Made by a program: the position numbers and the translations under genes. Below the pieces are notes generated by a model. That model did not search any database. It was not told the origin of the DNA and saw nothing but the letters and a program-made list of their open reading frames with translations. A DNA stretch of 63,745 bases, counting the filler, from Bigelowiella natans CCMP2755 (lineage: Eukaryota > Protista > Cercozoa), in assembly GCA_000320545.1 (NCBI GenBank). It is 8 parts of 8 records of this genome, joined end to end, with 100 filler letters (N's around TTAATTAATTAA, not from the genome) between each part and the next. Parts side by side here need not be neighbours in the genome. Positions count along the whole stretch, not along the records: positions 1 to 31,226 come from ADNK01003144.1; 7 more parts are not named here. One strand, given 5' to 3'. This document shows positions 1 through 14,594 of the stretch, piece by piece. Within the stretch, counting starts at the first letter, position 1; each line of letters starts with the position of its first letter.

Positions 1-62
1 GGCCATGCTGCACAACGAGCAGGAACTGCTCAAAGGCCAAGAAGTTCGAACATATACTAATT

Positions 63-128
<66 letters not shown>

Positions 129-206
129 CGATTGGGAGTCGTTTTTGAGTCAGTATTACGTCTTATTCTGACAGACACTCTTCGTTCCCATGGATATTAC
201 ATAAAC

Positions 207-246
<40 letters not shown>

Positions 247-637
247 TTAAACATAGGGTGCGAAACAGGAGATCTTCAATCTACGAAAGCAGCAAGAAAA
301 GGCCAGAGATGTAAGTTGCACGAGCGGCCTTATTTGACCCCCTCCCCCCCACCAAAAGAATGCCGCATTCCACATGCATCATGGCTTCTTTTCCTGATGG
401 ATGATTTGGGGTTCATTTGGTCTTTTCTTGTTGCGCCAGCTGGTGATAGAGTCGCAGGTTAAACTCGAAAAGCTGCTCTCCGCACAGAAGAAGGCCTTTG
501 CAGCTACCGAAGCATCACTTGACAGGTATGCGCGGAGCGTTGTGATAGATTGCAATAGAGGGCTTGCCGATGTTCTTGCGAGAAATGCATCGGTTTTGAG
601 CTCTAATGTATAATTCAATATGTATTATATACATAGA

Positions 638-669
<32 letters not shown>

Positions 670-1552
670 CATGTTATTGTACAAATGTGTTTCCTTTTTT
701 TTTAAAAAGCCGCATTGATTATTTTTGAAGACTATGCGTTTTTTCTTGGGACATTCTATACGGCACGAAGCGTTTGCTGTCCTTGCTGCGTTTGTTGTGT
801 ATTCCAACCGCGTGTTGTGTTATTTTTGCTGCTTTCTCTGTCCGTGTAGCATTCTTGAAAAGACGAGCGAGGCGGAGAGAAGCTTGCTGAATATCTTGGA
901 GCCAATGAGAGAGAACCTTAGCGCATTGCTAGCCATCGATAAGCTCATCCTCGGTTGTTTGCCTGAGCATGATGCGGAGGAAGAAACAAGCACATATAAT
1001 ACTCTAATCGAAGTTTGCATTGATGCAATGTGACGATGTGATGGGTTGAATGGATTGGTGGCGGCGCTTGTGGTTTTTTTCTGGGTAGATTGCTGCCTTG
1101 TGAGTCGATGTTTTGACGATGGTTTTCGTTTTGCTTTTTGCGCGTTTCTAACACAGGTGAATTCTTTTACCTCCAATCCATTGCTTACTTCGTGTCCATT
1201 GCCTTTCTGGCCTTCACCCTGACGTCCTTCCGCCGGTGAGAAATGTCATCGAATCTCATAGTTTCTTCGCGTGGATGCGAGAGTTTGCGAGTCAGTGTTG
1301 TGTTACTAATTCCTCAGGACGAACCTCCATTTGAAACCCTTTTGTGATTTGTTCCTTTTTTTTCCCTCTCTCCTTTCATTGGAATTTCTTCGGCTGCTTT
1401 GGCAGGACGTCAAGGGCGCGCTTCGCGGTTTTTTCGTTCATCTTGGTCAACATCTGCGCTGAAAGTTATGTTCGGTAAAAGCAGCAGCAGCAGCAGCATT
1501 TGTAGCGTTTTTCCTTGCTCGTTTTGAATGCGTGAATGTTACCCAACATGTG

Positions 1553-1630
<78 letters not shown>

Positions 1631-2610
1631 CGTGTGCGTGTGTGTGAGTGTATTAATCGTTTTCGAGTAGTTGATGGTTATTATCTGTTCGCATACCACT
1701 CTACTAATTTGCCTAAACACCGCGGCAATGCCTTCGGCGTGCACGTCTCCGTCTCACCTCCGACATACTCATATATTTAGGAGTAACGAAAACTTCATTG
1801 CGGAATTCATCTCCGGTGGCGTCATCTTGGAGGTATGCACCCAAATGCATTTTTGGAAAGCAATCCTCGTTTGCCTTCGGTTGCGAAGGAAATAGTAGTA
1901 CTCAGCGGTAGCTTCGTCGGCGTGGAAAAAATTGATTACATTGTGCTTGTCATTCCTTCCCTTGAGCGACTGCCATCGACTTCTTCCTTTGCAGCAGCAG
2001 ATCGCTAAGATGAGGCAGATCTTCGGGCTGATGGAGGTGCTGGCTATGGTGTATTTCGCCGCCACTTTCAAAGACTACGAGAAGGTGGATCGTTATGCGT
2101 GATGAGTGCGTTTTGAGCTGCAAAAGTAGGAATGAAGTATTCTATTATCGTATTGTAGACGTGCTTGAGAGAGTATCATCGCTGCGACCACGTAACCAGT
2201 CTCTTCCTATAATATTTAGATGAATTATCATCTTTTGAAGATTCTCCTCGCAGGTTTATTTTCTCCCTCTGCTTTGAATAAATGCACCCATTTAACCTGC
2301 TGATGGGGAGAGGAGGGCGGGGGAGAGAAAACATGTTTGAATGGATATCCCTACCGCCAATGTCAGAAATCGAAGATACAGTATCTATGTTTCGTGCAAG
2401 AAAACAGTTAACACCGCTACTTGCTTGTTGTGCCCCACGACAGGATGCAGAAAGAATAAGCAAGTCGATGAAAGCGACGCTGACGGTCTTCAACTCGATG
2501 AGCTTTCAATGGATAGTCAGAGGGACTGGAACGCGATGATGATGTAATTTTGGGATAACTTTCTCCTTGGATTTCTTTGCCGCTTTGCTCGGAGTGTATT
2601 TATAAACATG

Positions 2611-2646
<36 letters not shown>

Positions 2647-3018
2647 GTATATAAGCAATGGGAAGTACGTTTTGCAATGTGCTCGTCAATGGGGGACGAT
2701 TTTTGATTTGTATTTCGTAATTGGTCGTATTTGTGATCTGACCATGTCTCATGCCTTCCCGCATAACCATTCTCTCTCATATTCTCCTCTAAGGAATAAT
2801 GCAAAGGCATTTTCCAACAACTTTAGCAATGAGGACATCTTCAGAAGCGCAAGGTCGAACGATTAAAAACGACTTCTGATTTTTTGTGTCGTGCTGATAG
2901 TGACTGTTGGTTGTGCGGGTACATATGAAGCATCCGCACGAATCCATGGAAAGTTGATACTAATACTTATTTTCCATTCACTTTTTCTCGCTCCCCTTTA
3001 TATTTCTTTTTCCCTCGT

Positions 3019-3056
<38 letters not shown>

Positions 3057-3839
3057 CCTCTCTCTCGTTCCTTCTCTCTCAATCAAAACCATGCAGGGCA
3101 GCACGATCAAAAGGAGCGTCATCTAAGATCATAGCTGTTGAAAAGTAAGAAGCGAATCTCAATATAGAATGTTTTTGGATGGCTTTTATTGACAATATGC
3201 AAGCGAAGCAATGCGAATGCAATTATGGAGAGAAGCAAATGTTTTGTGAATGAATCTCAAAAACGCCCCTTTTCTCTTTTGCTACGATCTGAAAATAACG
3301 GTTTCATACCGAGTCCGGCTAATGAATGGAACTTGTTTTGGCGGTGTTTATTTCTACTTGTGATCTGGTAGGAGGGAAAAAGAAAATGCGATGGAAAAGA
3401 AGGCGAATGTTGCCAATGAGGGGGGCGAGGAAGAGATCTTTAAGGTAGTACTTTCTACGAAATTTTGCCATTGAAAATCCATTTCAAACGTTAATTAAAT
3501 CGAGTAAACAAGGAATTGTATGTACGTCGAAGACTGTTTCCAACGTTAACGTTCTTTGCATTGGAACCACTGAAAAATTGTGTATCTTCAACATTCTGGG
3601 AGCATGTGTCATCGATTTGAGTTGCGGATTCTTTACTTTTTTACAATACATCAGACACCGATAGCGAAAAAGCAGAAGTCTCGTATCAAGAGCAGCGCCA
3701 AAAGTCGGACATGTTTTGCAGGGCAGGGGGAGGGGGGCGAATTGTAGAAAAGGAAAGGGGGAAATAGTCGACGGGCCGTGCCGAAGCTAATATGCTTTGT
3801 TTACATGTCTAGATGTGAATATCAGTGCCTGCTGAATAT

Positions 3840-3880
<41 letters not shown>

Positions 3881-4537
3881 CATACATTCTTTCATCAGCA
3901 AGATTTTGCGGGTATCATTTCGCATTCTTTATCTCTTTGCTGCAGAAAAATCAACCACGAAGAAAACCAAGAAGCAACTGCCATTGACTTCATCCGAGAA
4001 GGTGGGGTAGTGCAAGCAGTGCCCCTATATCACCAGCGATTTAAATATACATTGCGATCCAAGAATGATACATATGCATTTGAAAGACTCGTCATCATTA
4101 TTATATAGTATAGTGAGTAGTTTTCTTTCCTTGCAGGTTAATGATGCGTCAAATGCTGAGTCCATTCCGTCGCTTTACTACGATCACGCAGAGTAAGTTA
4201 TGTTTTAAAATGCATATTAAAAAAACGATTTCTCAAGCAAAATCTAATACCTCTCATTCGTGTCTTCAATGCTCTACCTTAATGGAATAATCGAATCAAT
4301 CATTTCCAATGCGCTTTCTGCTAATAATGTCACCTATCGATTTTTCACACACCATAATTTGGCTCTAGCGCTGACCATGGAAATTAAATCGCGAGGGGAT
4401 TTCCATATATCTTTGTTAGAGCGAAACATCGACTTCTCCTTCACTGAACATGTCAATTCATCAGATCAAACGACACGCCTCGTCGGCGAAGCTCAAGGCT
4501 TCGAAACAGGAAGATGGGTGTTGTTAACATGCGTTGA
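1..4537 (+). CDS. GEX1: GEX1/KAR5/Brambleberry-family nuclear-envelope fusion protein, multi-exon, 5'-partial
   Basis: Manual GT-AG splicing gives a coiled-coil followed by IDKLILGEFFYLQSIAYFVSIAFLAFTLTSFRRTSRARFAVFSFILVNICAE, a third TM ending ...VYFAATFKDYEK, and a basic tail SNDTPRRRSSRLRNRKMGVVNMR* (TGA 4535-4537). This fits the coiled-coil + 3 TM (LGEF...TS..T..AR...E; (Y/F)xDYE) layout of GEX1. The N-terminal Cys-rich domain is outside the window. Exons between ~2.1 and 3.1 kb are uncertain. Confidence 0.7.
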
Positions 4538-4779
4538 CGATGCACAGAAGGATGGGAAACAGGGATAGGCTGGAGGAAGATTAGGAAGAACTCTAATTGT
4601 GAAGATAGAGTTTGAGCAGCATGAAAGCACAGCGCTTGTAGCATGTGATAGTGAGAAATTGGAAATTCGTTTGCTAGATTCCATTGTTCCAAGTTTTTGT
4701 TTTAACAGATAGCGATCTTTTTCGCTACGGTTCGTCCACAACAACTTTATCCACTCTCATTTTTTTCAAACCCAAAGAG

Positions 4780-6411
4780 ACATGGTGCTGTGATGACAAG
4801 ACATGCTAGCATGAGCGCAGGCAACTGGTTGGGCCCGTCTTCGCTAGCTAGCTAGTCACTTCGTGAACAAGTTTCAAAAGCAGTCGTGTGAGCCAGCACA
4901 TTGTCTGTGCATCTGCGACGGCAGCTTGTCATATTTGCCGAGGTCCACAACTGCGTCGCTCCATGGTAGATGCAGTTTTTTTGCTGATGAGTTGTAGTCT
5001 ACGCTTTCGCAAATGATGTTTCGAGCTAGCTAGCTAACTAACGCAACTAGCTAAAAAACAAACATCTCTGTATCTCGATCAGCTGACAACCTTGCGAGCT
5101 CCATCTTCAATTGTTTTGCATGTGTGAATGAACGTCCAGACATGCATGCAGACGACAAGTGCTAGAGTGAAACAACTTCTCGGCAACCTGATTGTTCTGA
5201 TGTTTTTTGCACATCGGATTTGAACACGTTTGCTAGGCCTGTTGTAATTCAGTGCAAACGCTTGTTTCTTACGTGCTAGCGTGGCGTCTTTGTTGCACAC
5301 ACATTTTTTCCCAGTTTCGCATCGATTCCAGATGTTTGTCAATCGCTGACCAAGTTGAAACTTTGATGTCGTGAAAAACAGCAGACAAAGAAAGCACGAT
5401 TCAAGTTGTTACATGAATGCAAGTTGTTACATGAATCATCTAGATCATGCCCGCCTGGCATGCACGTTAGCACGATCTGTTGCGTGCTGCTAGGGTGCTG
5501 GCAAGAGAATGAATGAGACCATGACTGCTCCGATTCTCAAGCAAGTCTAGAAGTGGTTGTGAACTTCGCCAACTCCAGGCCGTGCTGGTGTTGATTCGCA
5601 ATGACAGACATGCAATGTGCAGCCATGTTTTCGCACGTTTTGTTCCAGTTCGATCTGTGTCGAGGAGGCAGAACGTGGGAAACAGCATGGGGATTGTTGT
5701 TCCCATCTAGCCATGGCAAATGAACGCTCATTTCGCACACACAACAACGTTGATTGTGTTGCGAGCGCCGAGCAAGATGATGTAATTATTTGCACTTGCC
5801 CCAAAAGAGCAAGTGAGTCACAAAACATCCAAAGATGACACACAAGTGCTTGCAATGTCAAGCAAAAACACGCGTCAACGCGGAACAAACTCACATGCAG
5901 CATCAGATTTGTTGACCGGTGACATGACACATGCAATGTGAACGACGTTATGCACACCGCATGATGTTCATTGATAATATTGATGTGTGATGCTGACTAC
6001 AGGGGTTGTGATGCGTGCATGGATTGACAACCCCTGCTAACAGAACTAGAGAATGTAAATCTCACCATGCTCATGGCAGTGATGATCAAGAGAAGTGCCA
6101 TGAGGTACACAGCCACTGGCCACCCAAAGTTCAAACCAGCCCATCCAAACACTGCCCAGAACATGAGAGAACAAGTAACTGGGACGAGCAACGAAGTCCA
6201 TGGGATGGAGCCGTCAACCTGTAGGCATGAACGTCATTCACATCAAGGAATGCCCAATGCCCCCCTTCCACCTCTTCCCCCTTTTGCCCTGCCTTTTTGA
6301 ATGTGAGGTGCCAGAATGAATCATTTTGGTTTCGGCACTACGATGCAAAAGATCAAGCAAACAATAACCGCACCAGATTCTTCCCTTCCCTACTCTACAT
6401 GCATTTTGGCT

Positions 6412-6448
<37 letters not shown>

Positions 6449-6500
6449 GCTCAAAGATCAAATGCCGTGTCACTGTGAAACGATGGAGTGCATGCAATGG
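4780..6500. mobile_element. Degenerate repeat island rich in CTAG/CATG/TGCA
   Basis: No intron or microsatellite structure typical of the genes. Dense GCTAGC/CATG/TGCA words. Chance ORFs are His/Cys-rich and Tyr-poor. Short tandem duplication caagttgttacatgaat near 5402-5437. Confidence 0.45.
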
Positions 6501-6509
6501 TCTTGATGT

Positions 6510-8309
6510 TCACGATGGGATGCTACGTGTAAGATGTTCGGCACGTAAACAACAACAGACCTCTGTTTCTCCAGCATGGACAATCTCCTCCTCTCGCTCA
6601 TTAATCACCGTGCCAATAACAGACATCCAATGCGCATAGTGAAGAGCCAGGACGACCGAGACGAATGCCACTGCCATGGCGACAATGGGAGCCGCAATGC
6701 CCATTGACAGAATTATCCCTACCAGTATTATCTGCTCACAATATGCCGATTTAACAATGTCCTCCGCTGCACGGGCAAGCTTGCGGGGACCCGCCTGCCT
6801 CGCTATATCAGGCCATGCAGCAAAGGACTTGGCTCCAAATACGAACAATAGAATCTTATTCGGGCGGGAAAATGCAAATGAGACGAATCTCTGAAGCACA
6901 GGCGCAAGAAGCATCTCTAGCACCAGTGTGGTGAAGAACGGCGCAAACACACGAACTAGCGTCGAGGTGCAGTAGTCTGAACGGAGGTGGAAGTGTGGCC
7001 GGTACTCTCCTGTACTGAGAGTTAGATATTGACCACAGGATAAAACCCCATTTGCTACAAAACCAATCATACACAAATCGGTAGTTACGCGAACCTCGGG
7101 GGTAGATGGCAGTGAGGTTAGAAGTGGGCGTAAGCATGAATCGTAGCCGAACGCTTCCGAAATTGCGGGAGCAAAAATGTTGCTCAATGAATTGAACACC
7201 GTGTTCCACAGCAGAGCCACGCCAAAGCTGACGTCAGCCTCACGCCGACCGCTCCTAAACTCGGACAAATCTCCAATAACAAATTTGGCTCCGAGTGGGA
7301 AAATCGTGAGTGATAACACAACATGCATCACCGTGATTCCATAGATCAAAAAGTTCTTGTTAGAATCAGAGATCTGGCTTGAGATGTCAACGTACACTTG
7401 GGCTATGCTCGTCGACATGGTGAGCACCAGAAGCGCAGTTATAACAAGCACGATACGCGCCACTAGTTGTGGTGTGCGACATCGCTGCCAGCTGACGGAC
7501 GCATGTTCTCTGTCGCTATCACCCTTACTCTCTAATTTCTTGTAATGGTTTTCTTCAATAGCGGCAAGTGTGTGTTTGGTCTCAGATGCATAGGGAACAC
7601 TTGGGGATGTAGGGAGTCCGATGCCAACGAACCTAAGCGCCACAAACTCTTTGCGATAAAGCCTCGAAGGACGCGACTTGGCAATGATCCACGCCATGCC
7701 TCCTATGGAGAGGGCTAATAAGGTGGTCGTTACCCATTCCACCGGATAATGGGTGTCGGAAGCTGACTCGGGAGCCTTCTCCACAAATGCCAAGGAAAAC
7801 TTGTTTGCATACTGGCATTCAAAGTGGGAGCTTGCCGTTCCGTATGTGGGAAATCCAGCGGCAACAACTAGCAGCCCGACTCCAACTATGCCCCCACTGA
7901 GCAAGAAAACTCCGCGCAATGCGCGTGGGAGTAGACCTTGTTCTCTCGTTTGCACCCAGCTCCATAAAAGCCTCCAATTGCTAGATTCTCCCCTCCCCCG
8001 GAAAACATGCCACACGCCTATTCCTACAACTAGTGCTCCCGTCACCACTGACACGATGAAAGGCACGAGGAAGGCGCTATATCCGCATTGGTATGCCTTA
8101 CCATACGCATCTACCTCGCAGAGCGTTTCAATGCCTCGGCATCCGAACATGTTACCCTGCACAATTTGGACCGCAGGCACGGAGGCCCCGCCCCCTGTTC
8201 CATTGGTGCTGTCAAATGCTCCCGTCTGCTGCAATCCGGTTGGTATTTCGCATGAGCATGACATTTGGTAAATATGCATAAAAAAACACAAAAATATATA
8301 AAATAACAC
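6510..8309 (-). pseudogene. Intronless multi-pass membrane protein (LRR-receptor-like C-terminal half), probably truncated and decaying
   Basis: 599-aa ORF with many hydrophobic segments. It starts with SCEIP...VQGNMFGC, resembling the cap ending LRR arrays, but has no upstream LRRs or signal. Further TM-like sequence (VPVTCSLMFWAVFGWAGLNFGWPVAVYLMALLLIITAM, 5997-6191) lies beyond the stop, in degenerate DNA. Confidence 0.5.
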
Positions 8310-9413
8310 GCGTTTGTTGTAGATTTACACAAGATCATACAAGATAATACTGGATCACTAGAAAAATGCCTATAATTTTGAATGACGACTTAAAGCTAAA
8401 GTCGCAGACGATTGTTGTAAGTTTGTTGAGACGCTATGTTAAGAAGCAGTTCTCAAGAAAAAAGGCGAAATTGTATGTCGCAGGTAATCTAATAAAAGGC
8501 CTATAATTTATGCGACAAACATCATTTTTACCATCCATCCGAATACAATTGCCGTATACGACAACCACACTTTCTTTCGAATGCAAAAAACAGTCCACAT
8601 CTCAATTCGTTTGAATGCCCGATCTCCATCTCCTGACAAATGCTTCATTTCTACTGCAAATTAGCACCAACATCGCCGTAAAAATGATGTCGCATGAACA
8701 AAAGGCCATTAATTCATCTTTCAAAAAAACCACGTTGTTGCTTCCTTCAGCGCTCTAACGAGCAGCACACTGCTCTCATTTCCGAGCTTGCTAATGTCTG
8801 AAAAAGGGGTCGCGGTTTGTGCAGATTTCAGGCGAAAACAAGCCAAATGCAGGTGAAAAAGGAGAATATTCGCCGACTCTGGCTGAGGGCTGACGACCGT
8901 TTCCGCCGGTGCATCGCCCAGCACCGATAATGGTTTTGGGACAGAAATTATGCAACAAAGTACTAAAACACTTACCCGAATTGAGAATGTGTTTCAGTAA
9001 AAAAAACTACAAAACAATTAAAGCATTCGAAACAGATTCAATATTTTATCGATGAAATATACAAATATTAGAATTCTAAAAGTCGTTTGGAGAAGGTAGC
9101 CATCGGCAGCAATTCGTTCGGCAACGCGACCCTCGCGTAAGCATATCACACATCCCCCCCCCTTCGTTATTGGAGTCGAGAGTACAATCATCCAGACTTG
9201 AACGCAATAGGCAAATCCAGGAGAATCTCCGCTAGAGCTGGAGAACGGTAGTCTGTCTGCATCTTACCTGATAATCGTCACCTGCATCGAGCGAGAAGAA
9301 ATTTTCACCCCCTGACCCCAGCCAATGGCTGGATCAGCGCGCTCGTCGTGCTTCCCAAGTGACGCTATTGGATACTGTTTCGTTATTGCTATAATAACAG
9401 AGGTGTGACGGGT

Positions 9414-10674
9414 ATGGCGTCCAAGAAGACTGACAAAATGCGTCTAAACTTACGCCGTTTACGCGAGGAGCTTGTTTCCACGGAAGTAGATAATTTCAAA
9501 CACAGCTACCACACCCTACCACCACCGACCCTAGCTTACACTTCCAACCGCCCGTTCAATACTTTAGGAATCGTACGTGAAGGGGCTTGACACGCTCACA
9601 AACGTCTACAAATCTCCAATGGCCGAACGACGAAAGAAGATAAAGGTATTCCTCCTTTCATGCCTCTATGCACGAACACTTCGTTTATTTTTATACCGTT
9701 TTTAATGACGATTATATATATGCCATAGAAACATGGTAGCGAGACTCGTAATAGCAGTAAATAACCTACAGAGCCCCGTCGCATTAAAGCCGATGTGATA
9801 TGACTTCGTTTTGCTGCTTTCATCTGCCTCTTCCGCCATAAACAAAAAAACTTCTAATTTCACCCAAGAACCGCAGCTTTCTGAGCGTTTCAACTCGTGA
9901 CTGCTGGTGATAAACAGGTTTCTTCGGACGATATAAAAGACATATTCTCCAACCTAGAGACGATTGTGCAGCTTCACCGAATTCTGCTGACGAAGTTCAA
10001 GGAGTAAGAACAATAGCACCTGCTGCTCAGAGTTCATAACCGATTGATGGTGCACGTTAGGAATCCGGAGACAGTAATCGAGACTTTGCACGCTCACGCA
10101 GCTTACTTTAAGATGTACTTCCTAAAGTGAAGAGGGAGAAGAGAGACGATGAAGCGCGGGGATACGAATCAGTCACAGATATAGCAGTATAACGTTCAAA
10201 ATCGATTTTATACGAGGGGACTATCGTTAGTTGTCAAATTCAATATGGCGAGACTTCATCGTATCTTTTTTTATCCTACTGTATATCTAGCTTGCTGCTG
10301 CAGCTGTTTGTGCTGTGCATAGGCGGCGCATTGAAGGCGCACATGCATTTCAGGTACACGCAGTTTCTAGCCGGTTACGACAAAGCGTTGAAAACAATGG
10401 ATGTTCTTCGGAAAAACAAGGTATATATTCCGCCATTCTCTAATCTCTGTAAGCATTGAGTGGCGCTTTAGGAATGCTTGTCGTTTGTTCGACTCCTCGC
10501 CGGTTTGCCCGGTCCCCTCGCCGCCCCCTTTTTCTTATCTCTCTCCCCCTGCTCATCATCGTATTCTAAATAGAATTTCCAGAGCTTTCTGTTACAGCAG
10601 CAAGAGCAAGGTGGATGAAGCGTAACCTTTGTGTGTTTTTTTTTTTTTAGGAAGTTATGTTGGTTATAATATTA

Positions 10675-10710
<36 letters not shown>

Positions 10711-11211
10711 CAAGAACGCGCATCATGTAAAAGCCAAAGCTTTCCAACACAGTGAAACTCTTTAAGGCCCGACAGAATTTAAAGAAATTAGAAATAATGA
10801 TGAAGCGTTATCATCGTTATCATCACCATTGCTATACAACAATCCAACCCCCAGGCAATGGAAATGGCGCGGTGCTAGATATGATGTCGTATCTAATCAC
10901 CCCCGTACAACGAATCCCTCGTTACGAATTGCTGCTGAGAGAAATCCTTAAAAACACACCTGAGGAAGATGTCGCGGGCAGAGACCTCACGGAGAAGACG
11001 TGAGTGAATGTTTTGGCGTGGTTTTTAGCGTGTATTCGTAAGTGCGTTCGTGTATGTGTGTGTGTGTATGTATTTGTGTGTGTGTGTGTAGTCTTTTCCG
11101 GTTTTGAATGAGAAGGTGTGCTCGATCGATATGCTCTTAAATGCAGATAGGATACGATGTGATAGTATATATATTGTACATATTGTGTATAATATATATT
11201 ATATTGGATAC

Positions 11212-11245
<34 letters not shown>

Positions 11246-11733
11246 TGATTTGAATAAGAGTTTAATATTAGTTATTTCTCCCTTTTATTCGTCCGAATAA
11301 CTCCCCCCCCCCCCCCCCAAAAAAAAAAACCTTTCCCTCTTTCCCCGTCGTTTCTTGCAGTTACAACCAAATAAGATCGATTGCTTCTCATATAAACGAG
11401 CAAAAGCGCGAGGTACGATGTTATCCACATAAATTTACATATATATATATATATATATATATATTGTATGTATGTATTGTTTATATGTGTGTATATATAT
11501 TCGAAAGAAATGATACTACAACAGTACTACAATAAGATGAATTTTTGCTTTTCCCACCATGAGAGACTTATATTCCCCGCACGTTCATTAGATGGAAAAC
11601 TTCACCAAGCTCATTAAGATTCAGGTCTGTGGAATGATGTATATTTCTATATTTCTCTCATTTTTGAGAGGTCGTATTCTCGATTTTACCATTTTCTAGT
11701 AATTGTAATATGTTTGGCTTTGAATTATTGAAT

Positions 11734-11774
<41 letters not shown>

Positions 11775-12205
11775 GCAATAAGTATCCACTATATGTTTCG
11801 TGCATCGTTTGTAGCGTTGATACACGTCAAATCGATTTTGATACGATTCGATTGATTTCTCCCTATTTTTGAAACGCAAAGAATGTGATGAGAGGCCTTC
11901 ACTTCCCTCTCTTCATACCAACACGGCACTTGTGCAAAGAAGGAGGACTGCTGGTGAGGCGTTTGTTTTATATATCTGATATTGTTATATAGCGCATTTG
12001 TATGCAAATGACACGAACATGCAGTAGGCACTGCAATGATGAATGAAGATCCGCTAGTAGATGATGATGATGATGAGATGAGATTTTGCTGAAAACACGT
12101 CTAACAGTCGTGTTATACTGGAAATTACTAATTAGCGCGAGCGACGTACACACAGAGTCTTTGTACTCGGTTTCAAGACGCAAATAAACACGCGTATGCA
12201 GCGAA

Positions 12206-12237
<32 letters not shown>

Positions 12238-12471
12238 AGAAAACGACGCATGTGCACAAACCAATACGCTTGTCTTAGATACCAAAACATGGATTTTATC
12301 ATATAGATTCAGAAAAACCGGAATAAAGTCAAGGAGCGAGTTGTCTATCTCTTCAATGACATGTACCTTCCTTATTCTCTTCTGCAAACCAGCAAATTAT
12401 TGCAAATCATGCCTGCAATATCTATTTAAACTCTAATGTAGTAACTATTCGATGTTTTGTTGATATGAGTG

Positions 12472-12503
<32 letters not shown>

Positions 12504-12556
12504 CGTGCGTGAAATGCTGATGCTCAGGGTGTTAAATAACATGCGTATGTCTCTCC

Positions 12557-12605
<49 letters not shown>

Positions 12606-12830
12606 TGTGTGCAGATTACTATGGACGAATCTTCGGAACGAGTAAGTTACATATAAATGATGATTAAATACGTCATTTGGTGATATTGCAATTTGTTGGA
12701 ATATATTGCATCGACTGACAGCGTTATACTCATCATCATCAACTATCATAAACTATCATCATCATCATCATCATCATCGTCCGTCGTCGTAGTAATGACT
12801 ATTATTAATGGCAATACCATACACGTACAA

Positions 12831-12867
<37 letters not shown>

Positions 12868-14040
12868 GAGAGAGAGAGAGATATCTTCATTAATCCCATG
12901 TTCTTCCCAACCGCGACAGATACAAAGGCCACATGGAAATGAAGCACTGCAAATGTACGTCTTTGCCCAACTCGGATGCCGCAAATGACGGCGACGAGCT
13001 AAAGTTTCTTGTCACGTCCAAAGAAGTGATGATAACAGTAAGGTGGCGACGATGCAATGCAATTTTTTTTAATCGAAATATCAACGATCAAGACGGTGCA
13101 TTTCACCATGCAATGGACAACTGTCTCTACTATTAACGGGGATAATGTTTGTTTTATATTGTCCATATTTGACAGAGTCTTTAGTAGTCTTTTCTTTTTT
13201 AAGAAATTTTGATTCATTTTATTTAATGATGGATCATTACCCCTCCTCTCCCCCCCCGTACCCCCCTCACCCCCCTCGTTCAATAAAATATTGTCGTTTT
13301 TATGTGGTTCCTAGTTGTACATTACTATCGCAGAAGAAGGAATGGATGGATATTATACAGGTGAAAGGGGGAAATGTGGGTGGAGGGGGGGAGAGATTGG
13401 AAGCAGCGAGTTTGCAAAAGATCTTCATTTTTTATTAGTTTCGCTACTACTTGAGCCTTGATGAGCATTAGTTTTCGTCTATAATATAAATATTGACTAT
13501 TATTGAATATTCGTCATATTAATTCTCAATTTCAGTGAAATATATTCAGCGATTACATGTAGTTTCCAGCGAAGTGTACTTGTTTTAACGTGGATGTGAT
13601 TGTCTTCTCTATTGCTGCGCCAGGAACGTATCGCCAAGCAAAACGATGCAGCGTCGTTGCAAATGGCGCAATCAGGGGTAGTGTATATATAGCGCAAATC
13701 CACCTCTTTAACTGCTGTTAGAGAGTGCGGACTGCTGCACGATATGGTTATGTATATAATTATATTCTCTGCCTTTTTAAATGAGCGACACGTTTAGTAC
13801 TTTCGAGAGGAAACTTGCTTTTTTTTGGCTTGTTGTCCCGCTGTTGTTGCGTGACGGCTAAAGTGTTCGGTTTTGTATTTTTCAAGGCAAAACCGAGAGG
13901 CCCAAGCAGGTCTCTTGGGGAGAACAGCCTCAGCAAAGATCCGGAAATGGTGCGAAAATTTCGAGTTTGCGCTTAAAGTTTTGAGTTTTTACATTTTCCT
14001 ACACACCTGTATAATACAGATATAATATAAATTATATATT

Positions 14041-14079
<39 letters not shown>

Positions 14080-14093
14080 CGTATCGCAATATG

Positions 14094-14138
<45 letters not shown>

Positions 14139-14380
14139 GCGTATATAGAAGGAGACGAATAGGAAACACGACGAGCAAAAGGTCAATATTGAAGACGTAT
14201 ATCAGATGTGTTATGATATCTGTATATATAAAATATATGTGTAAATTATAAATATTTACATGCATATTATGTGATGACTATAATTATTACAATTTATATC
14301 TACATACATTGCAACCTGATAAGTTGGAATCGTTTATTCCTTCGCCTTGGGCATTTTGGGGACGGTTCTTGGCTGTTTGA
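9414..14380 (+). CDS. Rho guanine nucleotide exchange factor (DH + PH domains), multi-exon
   Basis: Spliced exons give LREELVSTE, IKDIFSNLETIVQLH, YTQFLAGYDKALKTM, LDMMSYLITPVQRIPRYELLLREILKNTPE and IRSIASHINEQKRE (DH motifs). Then PTRHLCKEGGLL, YKGHMEMKHCKC and SQKKEWMDIIQ (PH). ATG at 9414; 3' end (13975 or 14380) uncertain. Confidence 0.85.
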
Positions 14381-14594
14381 TTGGCGTTTGTGCGCGTTAC
14401 TCTGCCGCATTTTCCTTTTTTATCTTACACGATTTTGGGCCTGAATATACGGGTGATTTCTTGTTCTCGTGGCGTCTACTTCCTCGGCCGAAATCTGTGC
14501 GTTTTGCAATGAATTGCGACGAAAACGCAATTTATTGGCGGTTGACGTTCCATATATCCGCCATACATTCGGGGGGGGGGGGGGGGGGGAGATT

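Noticed and set aside
4780-6500. Assignment of the repeat islands to a specific transposon superfamily
   Set aside because: No transposase, RT or integrase motif is readable.
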